A stretch of 64,000 nt of DNA. It comes from Microthyrium microscopicum. Its lineage: Eukaryota. Location of the stretch: contig MU004232.1 in assembly GCA_010405405.1 (NCBI GenBank), positions 1,879,481-1,943,480 of the forward strand. Reading direction: 5' to 3'. This document shows positions 1 to 12,255 of the stretch, piece after piece (position 1 is the stretch's first letter; each line of letters starts with the position of its first letter). The notes beneath the pieces are model-generated. The model was not told the origin of the DNA, searched no databases, and saw only the letters and a list, made by a program, of their open reading frames with translations. The translations under genes were made by a program, and so were the position numbers.

Positions 1-727
1 ATTGTTGACTGGAGCTAGGCGAATGTGCAGCGTTATCGCTAGGTAATAGAGACGTTTGCGATCCGGATTGCAATGGCTCAAGGCTTGATTTTCGGGGTGG
101 ATGAGGTAGCAGTGGAGATCCAAGCATTGGACCAGCAATCACCATTCGTGGAGACATGATCTCGTCAGCCCCTGGTCCTCCTTCTGCGAACTGGTCCATG
201 ATACTTTGAATCTCTGACCGGCTATCATCATCTCCTCCATTGCTTCGTGCCTTTTCCGTGATATCGGAAGCATCTTGGTCCGCATCAGCCAGCTTATATG
301 CCTCTTTCTCCGGATCTAGATTGGGGGATTTCGATGGCTTGGAGTCCGATGCGATGGCGAATCTCTCGTCTTTCGGCGGTAGAGGCGGAGGCGGAGGTGA
401 GGCCTCTTTGCTACTCTTTGCGGTATTCATGTGTAATGCGGGTGGTACTGGTTTGGGCGATAACGCGCCAGAAGTGTCCGACAGCTCTAGCCCGTCACCT
501 GTACTCGGCTGAGGGCCATCTGACAGTGATGTTTTCCCTTCAGCTAATGTGTCCACAGATAGCTCAGGTTTGTGATCTTGTATCGGCTTCGTCAGATTTG
601 AATCTGAACCATCCTCAGACACTGGAGCCTGTTCACCATCGAGTGCGGGGTTGCTATTTTGGGAAGGGATGAGCTCAGAGTTCGGTACAGGTGGTTCAGA
701 GGATACTGGCGGGTCCGGAGGAGACAT
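1..727 (-). CDS. N-terminal part of a probable Vps9 (Rab5 GEF); gene runs off the window start
   Basis: Open frame from ATG 727 to the window edge (MSPPDPPVSSE...SRSEIQSIMDQFAEGG...EIMSPR...HPPRKSSLEPL); these motifs resemble recalled N-termini of filamentous-fungal Vps9. The catalytic domain is outside the window. Confidence 0.5.
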   Translation of the reverse strand, partial: MSPPDPPVSSEPPVPNSELIPSQNSNPALDGEQAPVSEDGSDSNLTKPIQDHKPELSVDTLAEGKTSLSDGPQPSTGDGLELSDTSGALSPKPVPPALHMNTAKSSKEASPPPPPLPPKDERFAIASDSKPSKSPNLDPEKEAYKLADADQDASDITEKARSNGGDDDSRSEIQSIMDQFAEGGPGADEIMSPRMVIAGPMLGSPLLPHPPRKSSLEPLQSGSQTSLLPSDNAAHSPSSSQQ

Positions 728-992
728 AAGATCCTCGATATATGGATATATGGCTCATGCGCCTGTCTAGTCGGTCAAGATATGTATAAGAGGGTGTTGT
801 ATGGGTGCATGAAGACTGGGAATAGCTTCACGAATCACGATGATGTGAATCCAATGCCAAGACTTCAGAGCTTCATTGCGCACGGACCCCTTGAATTTCT
901 ACTTCATCTCCAAAGTCTTGTGCCTCAAGTCTCCAACAATACATCCTCATCTGGTCACAAGACATTTCCATCGGCTCATTCGGGCCGTTGAA

Positions 993-2742
993 ATGTGTGG
1001 AATATACTGTCGCATTAGTCGTCATGGCCATCACCCTGTTCCCAGTACGATCAACGATCTTCTGGCCAAGCGCGGACCATACTCCTTGAAAGAGCATCGT
1101 ACTGTCGTGTCTGGTGTTTATATCACCCTAGTCGCGTCTGTTCTACCATTGCGTGGCTCTGATCTAGTCCCACAACCTCTTGTCGATGAAAATCCGGCAT
1201 CAGTTCTCTGCTGGAATGGCGAAGCATGGAAGATCAATGATGAAGCAGTGACAGGCAATGACTCTCAACTCATTTTCCAGAAGCTCCGAGATGCGGCCTC
1301 GGGAACTGATGCTAGATCCAGTATAGCATCGTTTCTTTCGCAGATTCGAGGACCATTTGCCTGCGTTTTCCTCGATCAATCCTCAGAAAAGCTTTACTTT
1401 GGGCGAGATTGTCTAGGTCGTAGATCACTGGTTAAGACAACAACTTCTGAAGGCGATATAGTCATTTCCAGTGTTCCGTACCATCAGGATCAGGATCTTT
1501 GGACAGAAGTTGAAGCTGATGGCATGTATGTTCTCTCACTAACCAGTCCGCGTCAAGACTTTAATAGTAACGCTTTTGTGATTAATCGAATTCCCTTGTC
1601 TCTTGAAAATGAGCAAGTAGAAGCTGAAACTATCGTAAGTAACAAGCCTTCATTCCGAACATAGAGCTAAAATTTCATAGAGAGTGCCATATCCCGCACT
1701 TTGTGATGAGATACCAAGTGAAGCGCCGCCTTCTCTTCAGCTTACTTCAAAATGTATAGAAACCTTGCATTCACTACTTTTCCACTCTGTGCAACTGCGA
1801 GCCCAGAATCTACCGGACTCTCCAATATCTCCCCTTGGAGTTCTATTCTCTGGTGGACTAGATAGTGCCTTACTAGCATATTACGCCCACCTCACTCTAC
1901 CTTTGGACACGCCTATCGACTTACTCAATGTGGCATTTCAGAACCCTCGGATTCACAAACCCGATTTTGAAGACCCCTACTCATCTTGTCCAGACCGTAA
2001 GACTGGACTTTCAGCATGGAACGCACTGCGCCAACAGTGTCCTACACGTATCTTCAATTTTGTCGCTATCAACATTCCCTTCACAGAAACTACTGCCCAT
2101 AGACAAACTATCATCGACCTTATGCATCCCCATAAGACGGAAATGGACCTCTCCATAGCTTCCGCTCTCTATTTTGCCTCGCGAGGCCAAGGCAGTCTCG
2201 TATCAACCGCCGAACCACCGTCTTTTACGCCGTACTACACACCAACGCGCGTGTTACTTTCTGGGCTTGGCGCAGATGAGCTATTCGGTGGGTACGTACG
2301 CCACGCTACAGCTTTCTCTCGCCGCGGATATCGTGGGCTGCTTGATGAACTTGAACTGGACTTTGGGCGGCTGGGGAAGCGTAATTTAGGGCGAGATGAT
2401 CGCGTAACGAGCACGTGGGGACGGGAGGTCAGATATCCTTTTCTAGACGAAGATGTAGTCGGCGCAGCAGTTCGTGCGCCTGTATGGGAGAAATGCGGCT
2501 TCGGTATGCCAGAGAGCACATCTGCAGAAGAGCCCCGCCTGGAGCCAGGAAAATTAGCCTTGAGGCTGTTGGCGTGGAAAGCCGGTCTGCACAATGTTGC
2601 GAGGGAGCCAAAGAGAGCGGTACGTATCAATACAATCCACACGACTGCTGAAGAGGCTAACAACTGTCAGATACAATTTGGCTCGCGGACGGCCAAAATG
2701 AGTACGCACAAGTCGAAAGGCACTGATGAACTGGTCGCGTAG
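993..2742 (+). CDS. Asparagine synthetase domain-containing protein (ASNSD1/YML096W-like); introns ~1635-1680 and ~2620-2670
   Basis: N-terminal MCGI (Ntn amidotransferase), WNGE, FGRDCLGRRSL, LFSGGLDS, SGLGADELFGGY, NLGRDDR, RYPFLD, KRA-IQFGSR. Confidence 0.92.
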
Positions 2743-4024
2743 TTGCTGACAAGATGCCTTGTATGTACCTTTAGCTTTGAGCCGCAGTGATGACGCCCAT
2801 TTGTGGACACAGATACTTGTGAGACATGGACCCCGAGCCCGATCTGCCATTTCCTGTGTTCCTCTTGAGAAGCCGGGGGTGTGCTTGCGGTGCTTGAGAG
2901 GCGCTGTGTTCGATGATCGAGTTTTAAAAGGCAAGTCTGAGCAGCTATTTACACCTTACAAACACTTCCCAGTATCTTGAAAGCGATTCGAGATACTAGA
3001 TAGCTTTCATCAGACTCGCAGGGTGTCACGGGATTGCGTTTCAAGAACATATGTCTTGACGAGAGCGTGTTGGCTTTTACGAAGTTGCGAGGTTCATCAT
3101 ACCTGTCTCATACTAAGAAATCAGGATCATCCAGTTTATCGAAAGGTAGCTGGCGTTCTGAATCGACTGAAGTATGCCAACGGCATTGCAAAATCACTGG
3201 CGTACTCCCATGAACTCTCATGGCTACCACCAGCGCTGCTAATCATAAGGTGCTTCAATTCCCATCGTAGCTGCTAAATGTTCCCAATGCGAACGCCCTT
3301 TATGGAAATAATGCACTCGATCACAGAACGTAGCGTCTGGGCGCCATCATTACCATGCACTTAGTATGCCTATAATAGCGAGAAGCTAGTTGACTCTAGG
3401 CAAATCCTGTGGATGACGAAATGGGATGCCACAGATAGAAGCTCAGTATCTGAGCAAAGCGACAGCCGGGTACAATAACGGGCGTGCTACTAACCGACTA
3501 CGTCTGTTGTCTTGTCTGCTACTCTTTTGTATCGTGTGCGATAGGAGATTTGACTTCGAAATAATGGTTCTCGCTTTGCATGATCTGTACAATGGAATCA
3601 TACCAGTTCACTTTGCTACTGTGTTGACCGACTCAAAGTCCTGTCTCAGAGCTCATTAGCAAGCTCAACATGAAGCTCCTCGTTCTTTCATCGCCTGGAT
3701 TCTAACTTATGTCTCATCTGCGACTGAATAATGTTGATGTCTTAAAGGTTAAGTGAAGTATCTTGTGCGCTGAAAGAGAAAGAAAGCGTTGTTCTAGTGT
3801 TAGCACTTTCGAATTAAATATATCCCTTCCTTCCTATCTTTAGTTTTCTTGCAATTCGACTGAGAGTTCATCTTTCTTCTACAATCAACTTCTTCTTTAT
3901 CCTTTACATTCTCCCTATCATAGCCTGAAGTCTTGAATAACCCCAAATCTTCCGGTCCATTTCAAACACATAACAAAATCGTTGAACACATCTTGAGCCC
4001 GACGTTTGCGAAGCCAAAGTCAAA

Positions 4025-5397
4025 ATGACTAGCAATTACGCACTGAAAAATCTGGTTGCTTCTGGTGAAACTCCGCCACTAGATTCTCGACACCTGATTG
4101 TGGTTCGAGCATCATCGAAAGGAGGAAAGGGTAAGATCCACCCATAACATCCTATAAAATAAGGTAGTCCCCTTGAATGCGATGGTAGTTATCGCATCAC
4201 CTGTTAAGCAAGGATAGTGGAAGCCATTGCATATGAAGGGGGAATGCTAGTTATCTTGTCTGCCTTTCAGTTTTGAACTGCAATCTTGCGCTAACAGTCT
4301 CCAGGTATCTTCGCCAAAGCCGATATTCCACGCGGCACCCGGATCATTGCAGAATCCCCATTGCTCACCGTCGAAGTTTTCAATAGCGTAGGAAAACCCA
4401 AAAGCGACACAAGACTGAGTAGAGATGTTCTGGCTGCGTACAACCTGCTGTCCGGAACCAAAAGGCGAGCGTATGATAGTCTCCATAAATACTCCAGGAA
4501 TTCAAAGATCGGTGACAAAGCAGCAGTATTTGTCGCAAATGCCTACGAAGATGGCGTGTACTGGCTTGCGGCTCGGTTCAATCATTCCTGCATCCCAAAT
4601 GTGCATCACATATACAATAATGGCAAGAAAATCCGGAAAAGAACCTTCCATGCCCTACGCGACATCAAAAAGGGCGAGGAACTCACTGTTTCCTACATTC
4701 ACTCAGAGAAAAGCGACAGACGAGCAAGAGAGACAGAACTAGAGAACTGGGGCTTTAGTTGCACCTGTGCAGCTTGCACAAATGACTCTGCTCGTAATGC
4801 TTTGGAGTGGAAAATAGCCAAGCTTGCTAGGTTCTGGAAAAGCCCTCCAAGAACAGGCCCAGCCTCTGCGAAGAAGTCCCTGGAGAGGTATGAGGCAATG
4901 GCTGTTATGTCTGAGTCTGCGGGACTGGTAGGAAACTCCTTGGCTAAATGGTAGGTCAGAATAAGTAGCCAGTGTGCTCCCATCCTATGCTACGCTTCAT
5001 CATGAAGTGCGATGATTCCTGTCTAATGCGTAAGACTCGTATTGATTCATCGAGTGCTTATAATATCGTCTGTTTTGGAAGGGTCTTGGTGGCCGCCGAG
5101 TGCCATGGGATCGCGCCAGTTGTGTTTTCTGCCCATGGTCACCACTGGCATCATGCTATCTTTTCTTTACCCAAGCTAATGAATTCTAGCTACCGCGGGT
5201 GCGGCAAATGCAGCATCGCCCTAGGAGATTCAAACCAGGTAGTGAAGTGGCTGGGAAAAGAACTTGAAGTGATGAAGTACTATATGGGCGATGACCATCC
5301 GACTTTCCAAGAGCTATCCGAACTCCTCAAGAGCTTCAAAGAGATATTAAAGACGATGGAGAAGAGGAGAAAGGAGCCTTTGTCTGATACCGAGTAG
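4025..5397 (+). CDS. SET-domain protein (SMYD/Set5-like lysine methyltransferase); introns ~4131-4304 and ~4951-5189
   Basis: GIFAKADIPRGTRIIAESPL, ARFNHSCIPN, ALRDIKKGEELTVSY, WGFSCTCAAC post-SET, C-terminal helical GDDHP segment. Confidence 0.88.
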
Positions 5398-6796
5398 GTG
5401 CTGGTAGCTGCTAACCGGATTGGTTGATTGGGCTTAGATCCATTGTGTCAGGTAGTAGGCCAGGAGGCGGCCTTCTAAAATATTTACTTATTATTACGAA
5501 CTTGATCTCAGCGCTACCGTCTACTCACTCCGTGAACTCTTTGGCAGAACGTTGCTAATGGTCAGTCTTCTAATATCCTGGAGGAGTTCTTAGATTAGAA
5601 TATATTACTCCTCAACACCAAGGCATCAAAGAGCGCAGGAATGAGATAGCTCCTTTGACCACACCGCATGTGTATCGAGTAGTGGTAACTAAAGCCGAGA
5701 AATTCCTTGCTTCGTGACATTGGATAGAAACCAAATTCAAACGTGCTATTGCAGGATTGCTACCGTAATTCCAGTCGGAGTCGTTTGCAATCTCGTGATG
5801 ACTGTCATTAAGGAAGATGTACTCTGTGACCATATCAATATCATTGGAGCTTATATCCTAGACATGCCAACACAGTAGTATTGAAATGAATTGCTCCACG
5901 AGATACGATGTCCCCCATCGGCTCTAATCTACAATCAATTCCTAAAATTCTCATAGAGAGCTTTCAGATTTGCATATTTGATCACATCTGATGGGCAATA
6001 GCGCGTCCTTTAGTCAGAAGAAGCGGTGGCAGCCATCATCATCGATGGCAGAATGACGTTTACTATTCCATTCAATTTACCTGCGCTCTATCTTCGAGCA
6101 TATTCCTTCGAGGGTAGTTCAAAGCATGCCTTGAACAGGATTAAAAGTGGGTAGATTACCTAGGCAAGTTGGTCGTCCCAAGGAGAGTGCTCACCCAGGA
6201 CTTACAACTTTAACTTTACCTCTTGCGTAATACTCGAGATGATCTGCCGATATCAAACAAGTTGACATGTTCTTACGCTGTCAGGTAACTTTAAAGTTTC
6301 TTCATGCTGCGCTGCGAGAAAACATGTGGCCATACTTTTGCATAAATTTTCCATTCAATGGCCCTTCCTTGATATCGCCTGGAGACTTCTCCGTTTTAAC
6401 TGCCAAACCTACAATACAAGTGCCACCAGTGTCAGAAAGCAAAAATGAGGAAACAAAACATCTTGAAGTAGGGCAAAATCAGGCGAGAGTGCCATAAGAC
6501 ATCAATTTTCATGATGAGGCGAGTAGTTCTCGTGACTGCCCTATCTGATAAAGTTTTCAAGGAAAACGACTGCACTGAGTAACAGGCGGGTATGTATTTC
6601 GTTGCTAAAGCGCTATCGTGACAATCTAATCTAGCCACTCGAGTATTGATGAACTTCTCACATCAAACTCTAGCAGTGCGCCAGCACACTCCCCATGTCT
6701 CGTGCCTGTCTGCTCTAAGCCTCTTCATACAGTGACCTAACTCTGTATACTATGTCCAATCTAAGAAAAAAATAGCAGATAACTTCAAAACTTGAC

Positions 6797-9282
6797 TCAT
6801 AGCGTGAGGCCAGGTGGTAGCGAGCCGGAGTTACCAGCGTTGGGGTCAATGCCGTTTTGGCGCATAAAGTCGTCCATCATAGGACCGACGGCTACGGGGA
6901 GGCCGTTGGTCTGAATGTTGGCCATCATGTTGACCCAGGCCATGCTGACGAGCACACCGTTGGTGGTTGGGCGAGATACTGGTACTGCTGGTGCGGAGGA
7001 GGAACCAGTGACGCTTCCGAGGCCAGTGACGAGTTGGCGTTTGAAAACGCCGCCGAATGGGTTGGCAGCGGCTGGTGCGGCGGCTGGCGCTGCTGCTGGT
7101 GCTGGTGCCGGTGCTGCTGCGGCAGGTGGAGCGGTGGCAGCTGGTAGTGGTGCAGCGGCAGCGGGTTGAGACTCGTTGACCTTTGCTGGTGACGATGGAG
7201 CTGAACCTTGGGGTTCTTGTGGGCGTTGACCTTGTGGCTCGTTGGCTGGACGTTGGCCCTGAGGCTCGTTGGCGGGACGCTGACCTTGAGGCTCGTTGGC
7301 TGGACGTTGACCTTGAGGCTCGTTGGCTGGACGTTGACCTTGAGGCTCGTTGGCTGGAGCTTGACCCTGTGGTCGCTGGCCTTGGGGCTCGTTGGCTGGA
7401 GTTTGGCCTTGTTGTCCTTGTGGGCTCTGACCTTGTGGCTCATTGACTTGTCCTTGTGGGCGCTGACCTTGTGGCTCGTTGACACCTTGGCCTTGCTGTC
7501 CTTGTTGTCCCTGTTGACCTTGCTGTCCTTGTTGTCCCTGTTGGCCTTGATTACCTTGACCTTGGATACCTTGACCTTGTTGCTGTCCTTGAATACCTTG
7601 ACCTTGGATACCTTGGCCCTGTTGTTGACCTTGGATTCCCTGGCCTTGAATACCTTGACCTTGAATACCTTGACCTTGAATTCCTTGACCTTGGATTCCT
7701 TGACCTTGAATACCTTGGCCTTGCAGACCTTGACCTTGGATACCTTGGCCTTGAATGCCTTGGCCTTGGATTCCTTGACCTTGACCTTGAAGACCAATAC
7801 CCTGGCCACCTTGTTGGCCCTGAACACCCTGCTGACCGTCCATGTTCTCAACAGTAATGATGTATTCACCATCAACCTGTCCGACTGGAATGGCCAATCG
7901 GCCGTTCATCTGATCGAGAACAGCATTGGCAGCAATAGGAGTGAAAGTTGGGGAAAGTAACAATCTGGTAGCAGCTGGGTTGTTGTTGGTGTTGCTTGGG
8001 TTGTTGTTATTGTTGTTGTTATTGTTGTTGTTATTGTTGTTGTTTCCGTTGTTGTTATTGTTGTTGTTGTTTCCGTTATTGTTGTTGTTATTGCCGTTGT
8101 TGTTCTGGCCGTTATTGTTGTTGTTGTTTCCGTTGTTATTGTTGTTCTGGCCGTTATTGTTGTTGTTCTGGCCGTTGTTGTTGCTGTTGTTGCCGTTGTT
8201 TTGGCGGCGGTTCAATCCACTAAGCTGGCCTTGAGCACCACCTGGGTTGGAGAGGATTCCACGCTGGGCAATGGAGAGTCGGATCATGGAGTTTGGTCCG
8301 GCACCCTGGTTCTTGGCAACAGTCTGTAGACGAGTTGGGTTGACTTAGAAAGATTAGCATAGGATGTGGACTGCAGAGACATTGGCTCTTACTTGGAAGT
8401 TGGACAACAGCGACCATGCGGTTGATGTTGGTGGAAACACCTCCCAAGTTGGTCTGGACGAGATAACGGTAATTGTCTGATATGTTAGAAAGATTCTTGT
8501 AAGGGTGGATGATCTCAACTTACTGACGCTCTGCGAGCGAGGGCCTAGAGCAGAAAGCATAGTGCTTGAGACACCGTTGACAACGTTGGTGTTGATTTGC
8601 ATTGGCTGAGTAGCACGAACAGACATACGGAAGCCATCAGTGAACTCGTTCTCTTGGAGACCAGAGCCAGTGACGTTAAATCCTTGGTTTAGCTGTCCGC
8701 TGAACTGTGTGAGAGACAATTCGGTCTCCCGTGTTTGACGGCCAAGAGCAATGTATTCTCCGTCAATGTTGTTCATCTTTACCAGACGGACAGTGCTGTC
8801 GGTGCTGTTGACACTTCGGATTGGCTCCATGATCATCCATGATCTCCGATCAGGTGCAAGCTTTCCAACATAGGTGTTGTCCATGTTGATGTTGTTTTGC
8901 TGAAGCATTTGCTGGTTCATGTTGAGCTCGATTTGAGCTCCTACTAGATCAATTCCGCCATTGGTTTGAATGATGAGAGAGTTTTGGCTGAGCTGCATGA
9001 ATGGGTTACCCGTAGATCCTGTTACTTGATTTCCAGGTAACGGAGCTTGATTTTGGTTGACAAGAAGTTGCCGTTGGGACTGCGAGAATGTCTCGACTTT
9101 GCTACCATCTGGGAACTGGATGGAGTTGAGGTTCATCTAGATCGAGTCAGCTTGATGTTTGTCTGTGTCAAAACCGTACCACATACATCACCATTAAGAT
9201 TGATGACTTGGTTGAAGTTGGCCTGCATCGTCTGGGCACTGGCGTAGCCCATCACGGCCAGAAGAAGGTACCGTGTCGTCAT
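6797..9282 (-). CDS. Secreted low-complexity N/Q/G-rich repeat protein of unknown function; 3 introns (~9137-9186, ~8478-8524, ~8344-8392)
   Basis: Signal peptide MTTRYLLLAVMGYASA at ATG 9282; splicing joins ORF 8354-9136 to ORF 6797-8287 in frame; Asn tract, GQGIQ and QGQRPANEP repeats. Confidence 0.82.
7205..7790 (-). repeat. Coding tandem repeats: 27-nt (QGQRPANEP), 9-nt (QGQ) and 15-nt (GQGIQ) units
   Basis: Repeated ccttgacc/ggctcgttggctgg units visible on the + strand. Confidence 0.95.
7978..8200 (-). repeat. Coding (AAC/AAT)n-like microsatellite encoding poly-Asn interrupted by G/Q
   Basis: (ttg/tta)n tract on the + strand. Confidence 0.95.
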
Positions 9283-12255
9283 GATTGCTCCAAATAGTCT
9301 CTGGGACTAGAAATAATAATAACAAAGAACAAGAACTGAACAGTCAAAGATAGAAAATATACTATACTAAATTAACGGCGGCCAGCACACAATGAAAAGT
9401 GAATGGAGTCCAGGCCAGCCGAGGACGGAGATTTTCTATGGGACGGAGCGAAAGAATGAGGAGTACCCTTCGAAGGATGGCAGCACCAAGACTGATATTG
9501 TACACGACATGACAGAACATCTTCTTTGGGTAGCATTGCGAGCCAATTGATCGTGATCATGGTGGTAAACACGGGCTACGGGAGGAGGAGGCATGTTTCC
9601 CAAGTGAAGGAACGAGTCTGGGACGGCCGTGATCGTATCCGGTCTTGAGGACTCCAAAGGCATGACTGTAGTAGCTACTGAGCTGGAGAAGCTTAGAAGG
9701 GTGTTCTGAGTAGGCCCCATGAGCACTTCACGATGCATTGACGGGCTCGTGCCATGTTGGTTTTGGCTTTGCATCAGATTTGCTCTTGGCACTCAGGCTC
9801 GCCACACTTTTCGGAGGACAGGCCTTGGAGCTAGAATCTGTTTTCCCATCATTAACAAATGCATCTTAACTGTAATAATGCTGCTATTACTGTATACGAT
9901 ATCGTGACGGCCTCATAATGAGTGAAGAAGCAGAAGAAGCAAAGCCTAACACGGCCATGGTGAATGGAGGCGTTTGATGGAGGTCTTAGCCATGAACTTG
10001 CGTCTACGCTCGCATGCTCATCGAATTTGTTCTGATAATTCCTTGGCCATAGGTAAGCTCAAAACTTCTCATGTACTGTGCTTGGATTCCAAGATAAATG
10101 ACAGGTGGTGTACTGGAGTTGTGAGAGAAGGAAAAGTCTAGAAGGACCAGATCTGAAGCAATCTTGATGCGCACGCACAAATGCATAAAAATGTGGAGAT
10201 CTCCCAGTCATCTCAGCCAATCATAGCTCATTAAATATGTTTGTTTTACATCTTGCTCTCTGGTTGGCTGCCAGGGCCGCTTGTTTACTAGATCAGGGGT
10301 TTGATTCACGTCAACCGCACGACTTGACCCAGACATCTCACCTCCAGCATCCTCACATCAAAAACAATGAAATCGATGGAACCTAGAGGGACTAGCAAAA
10401 AGACCATGGCCATGCTACTTTCCCACGTGCACTTGGAGCAACACTAGGACCCAAGAGAGGATGAGAAGTCTTTAATGAAACATCCTTTACCATTTCTGCT
10501 TCATGTTGTTTACACATAAGCTTCTAACTACGGGAATACAGCGACACGTCAATACTGGTGACAGGAAATCAATTAAGGATTATTATTATTATGTTTGTTA
10601 TTATAGAGCAAGGTATTAATTTCCCCGAAAGGCACATTCATAGCCTGCAGCGACTCTTTGATCAATATGTGCCTTCGTTGGCTTCACCCTAGAAGCCTTT
10701 GTGTTATAACCATGCTGGTCCACGATTTCAGCAACCTCAACTAGACGACATTAGAACTTTGAATTTGTTTAGACATCTGCCGCAGAGATGCATACCTTTT
10801 GGTTGAAGACAGGTGATAGCCATGAGCCGCTGAACGATAATGCAAGCCATTACTGAAAGAGGAAGGTGTCTCGAGGAGCGAACGGGAGATAAAATGGTTG
10901 AATGTGGCTTAGTGAGTTTCAAGAGACTCAATCTCTTGAACTGTGATGTTTTCTTGTATATAAAACTTTGAGTTTCTATGAATCGGAAGCCGGAAAGTCG
11001 ACACGAATTTCGCCAGTAGTGGAAAGGACTGTAGATAAGCAGAAAATGCCAAGTGTGATGAAATGATTGTAATTGATAACGATCGTGGTTAAACGAGTGT
11101 GAAACTATACTGCAGAGAATGAAGTTGATTTTGATGATGTGACTGGGCAAGAGGCGATGGTCTCTACAACTTTATACATTCTTGCGACTTCTTCCGGTTC
11201 CGACAACAAGGAACCATGATGCGACGGTTCTATCATTCTTGGTAGACCTCTATATTCCGCACGTGTACCAGCATACTAGGTAACAGAACAATTGGTAGCA
11301 CTAGTTATTACAATATCCCGGCCACGAGAGGCACCTCGTTAGTGTGGCACTAAGAAAAGGAGGAAGAATGTTTTTTGGTACACGATGATAGTTGAGGCGT
11401 AATATGTGATCTCTCCATGCTTAACTCGTGTAAATATCCCCTTATCATCAGAGATTAAGAACCCAAAAGCCACGGGCTCCTTTCTATCTCCAAATTAAGC
11501 ATTGTCCAAGAATTAGTTTAGAGCTTGATTTGATAAGTACCTAGGCACTATCAGGTAGCAGCAAAGCAGAACTCAAGCCACGAGCTAAGAGCAGTGGCTG
11601 TGAAATCGCCGCTTTTGGTGAACCAGGAACCATTCCTTGTCGCTACTTTGACTAAATTAGTAGTGTTTCGTTAAGGGGTTCAAGTTTCACCATTCGTCAT
11701 GACAGGATTGTTTGTGTGTACTTTGTCTCATCGTGTTTAACGGTACCCAAATTCATCATCACTGAAAGTTTTGTTCTTCTGAGGGTGAGCTCAGAGTTCT
11801 TCAATCCTACGTGGAGAGTTAGTTGAAACATCTTCCAGAAGGCTAGAATAAGTGGCGACATTCTACCAATCTCTAGCGCTAGCAATTGTATACGACGCTT
11901 TTCAAGACGCGAACACAAGATCTGGGCAAATGCAAGGTAGAGAGACAAGCGCATTTGATGAGAACGCAAAAACAAGAGCTTTTCTAAGACCCTGCCTTTA
12001 CTCTGCCTTACTCCGTATAGTCATTTTGCTTATGAGAGTAGAGAATCTGTTGCATGAACATATTAGGTATTGCTTTTGCGTATCTGAATCTACTTCTTCC
12101 AATCAATTTGCAGATATCTCAATACATGACTAGGTGCTTTTTAACAAAGTTGAGTGCCCATGTCCGACATGCACGTCTTTGAAAATGTTGTGAGAGACCT
12201 CAAAAGGACGACTTAAACCAAATATCATACCATTCGAACCTGTTCTGAATCCCGT

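Noticed and set aside
7205..7480. Regularly spaced 27-nt repeats as a CRISPR-like array
   Set aside because: No unique spacers, in-frame coding repeat, eukaryotic context
7183..8234. Leu-rich, Cys-rich and Val/Lys-rich ORFs (7208-7960, 7926-8234, 7996-8223, 6925-7875)
   Set aside because: Antisense or alternate-frame shadows of the N/Q/G repeats
9300..12250. Short ORFs in the ~3-kb gap (also 2750-4000, 18100-19800, 44100-45800)
   Set aside because: No recognisable domains, splice-consistent models or coding-like composition; treated as intergenic
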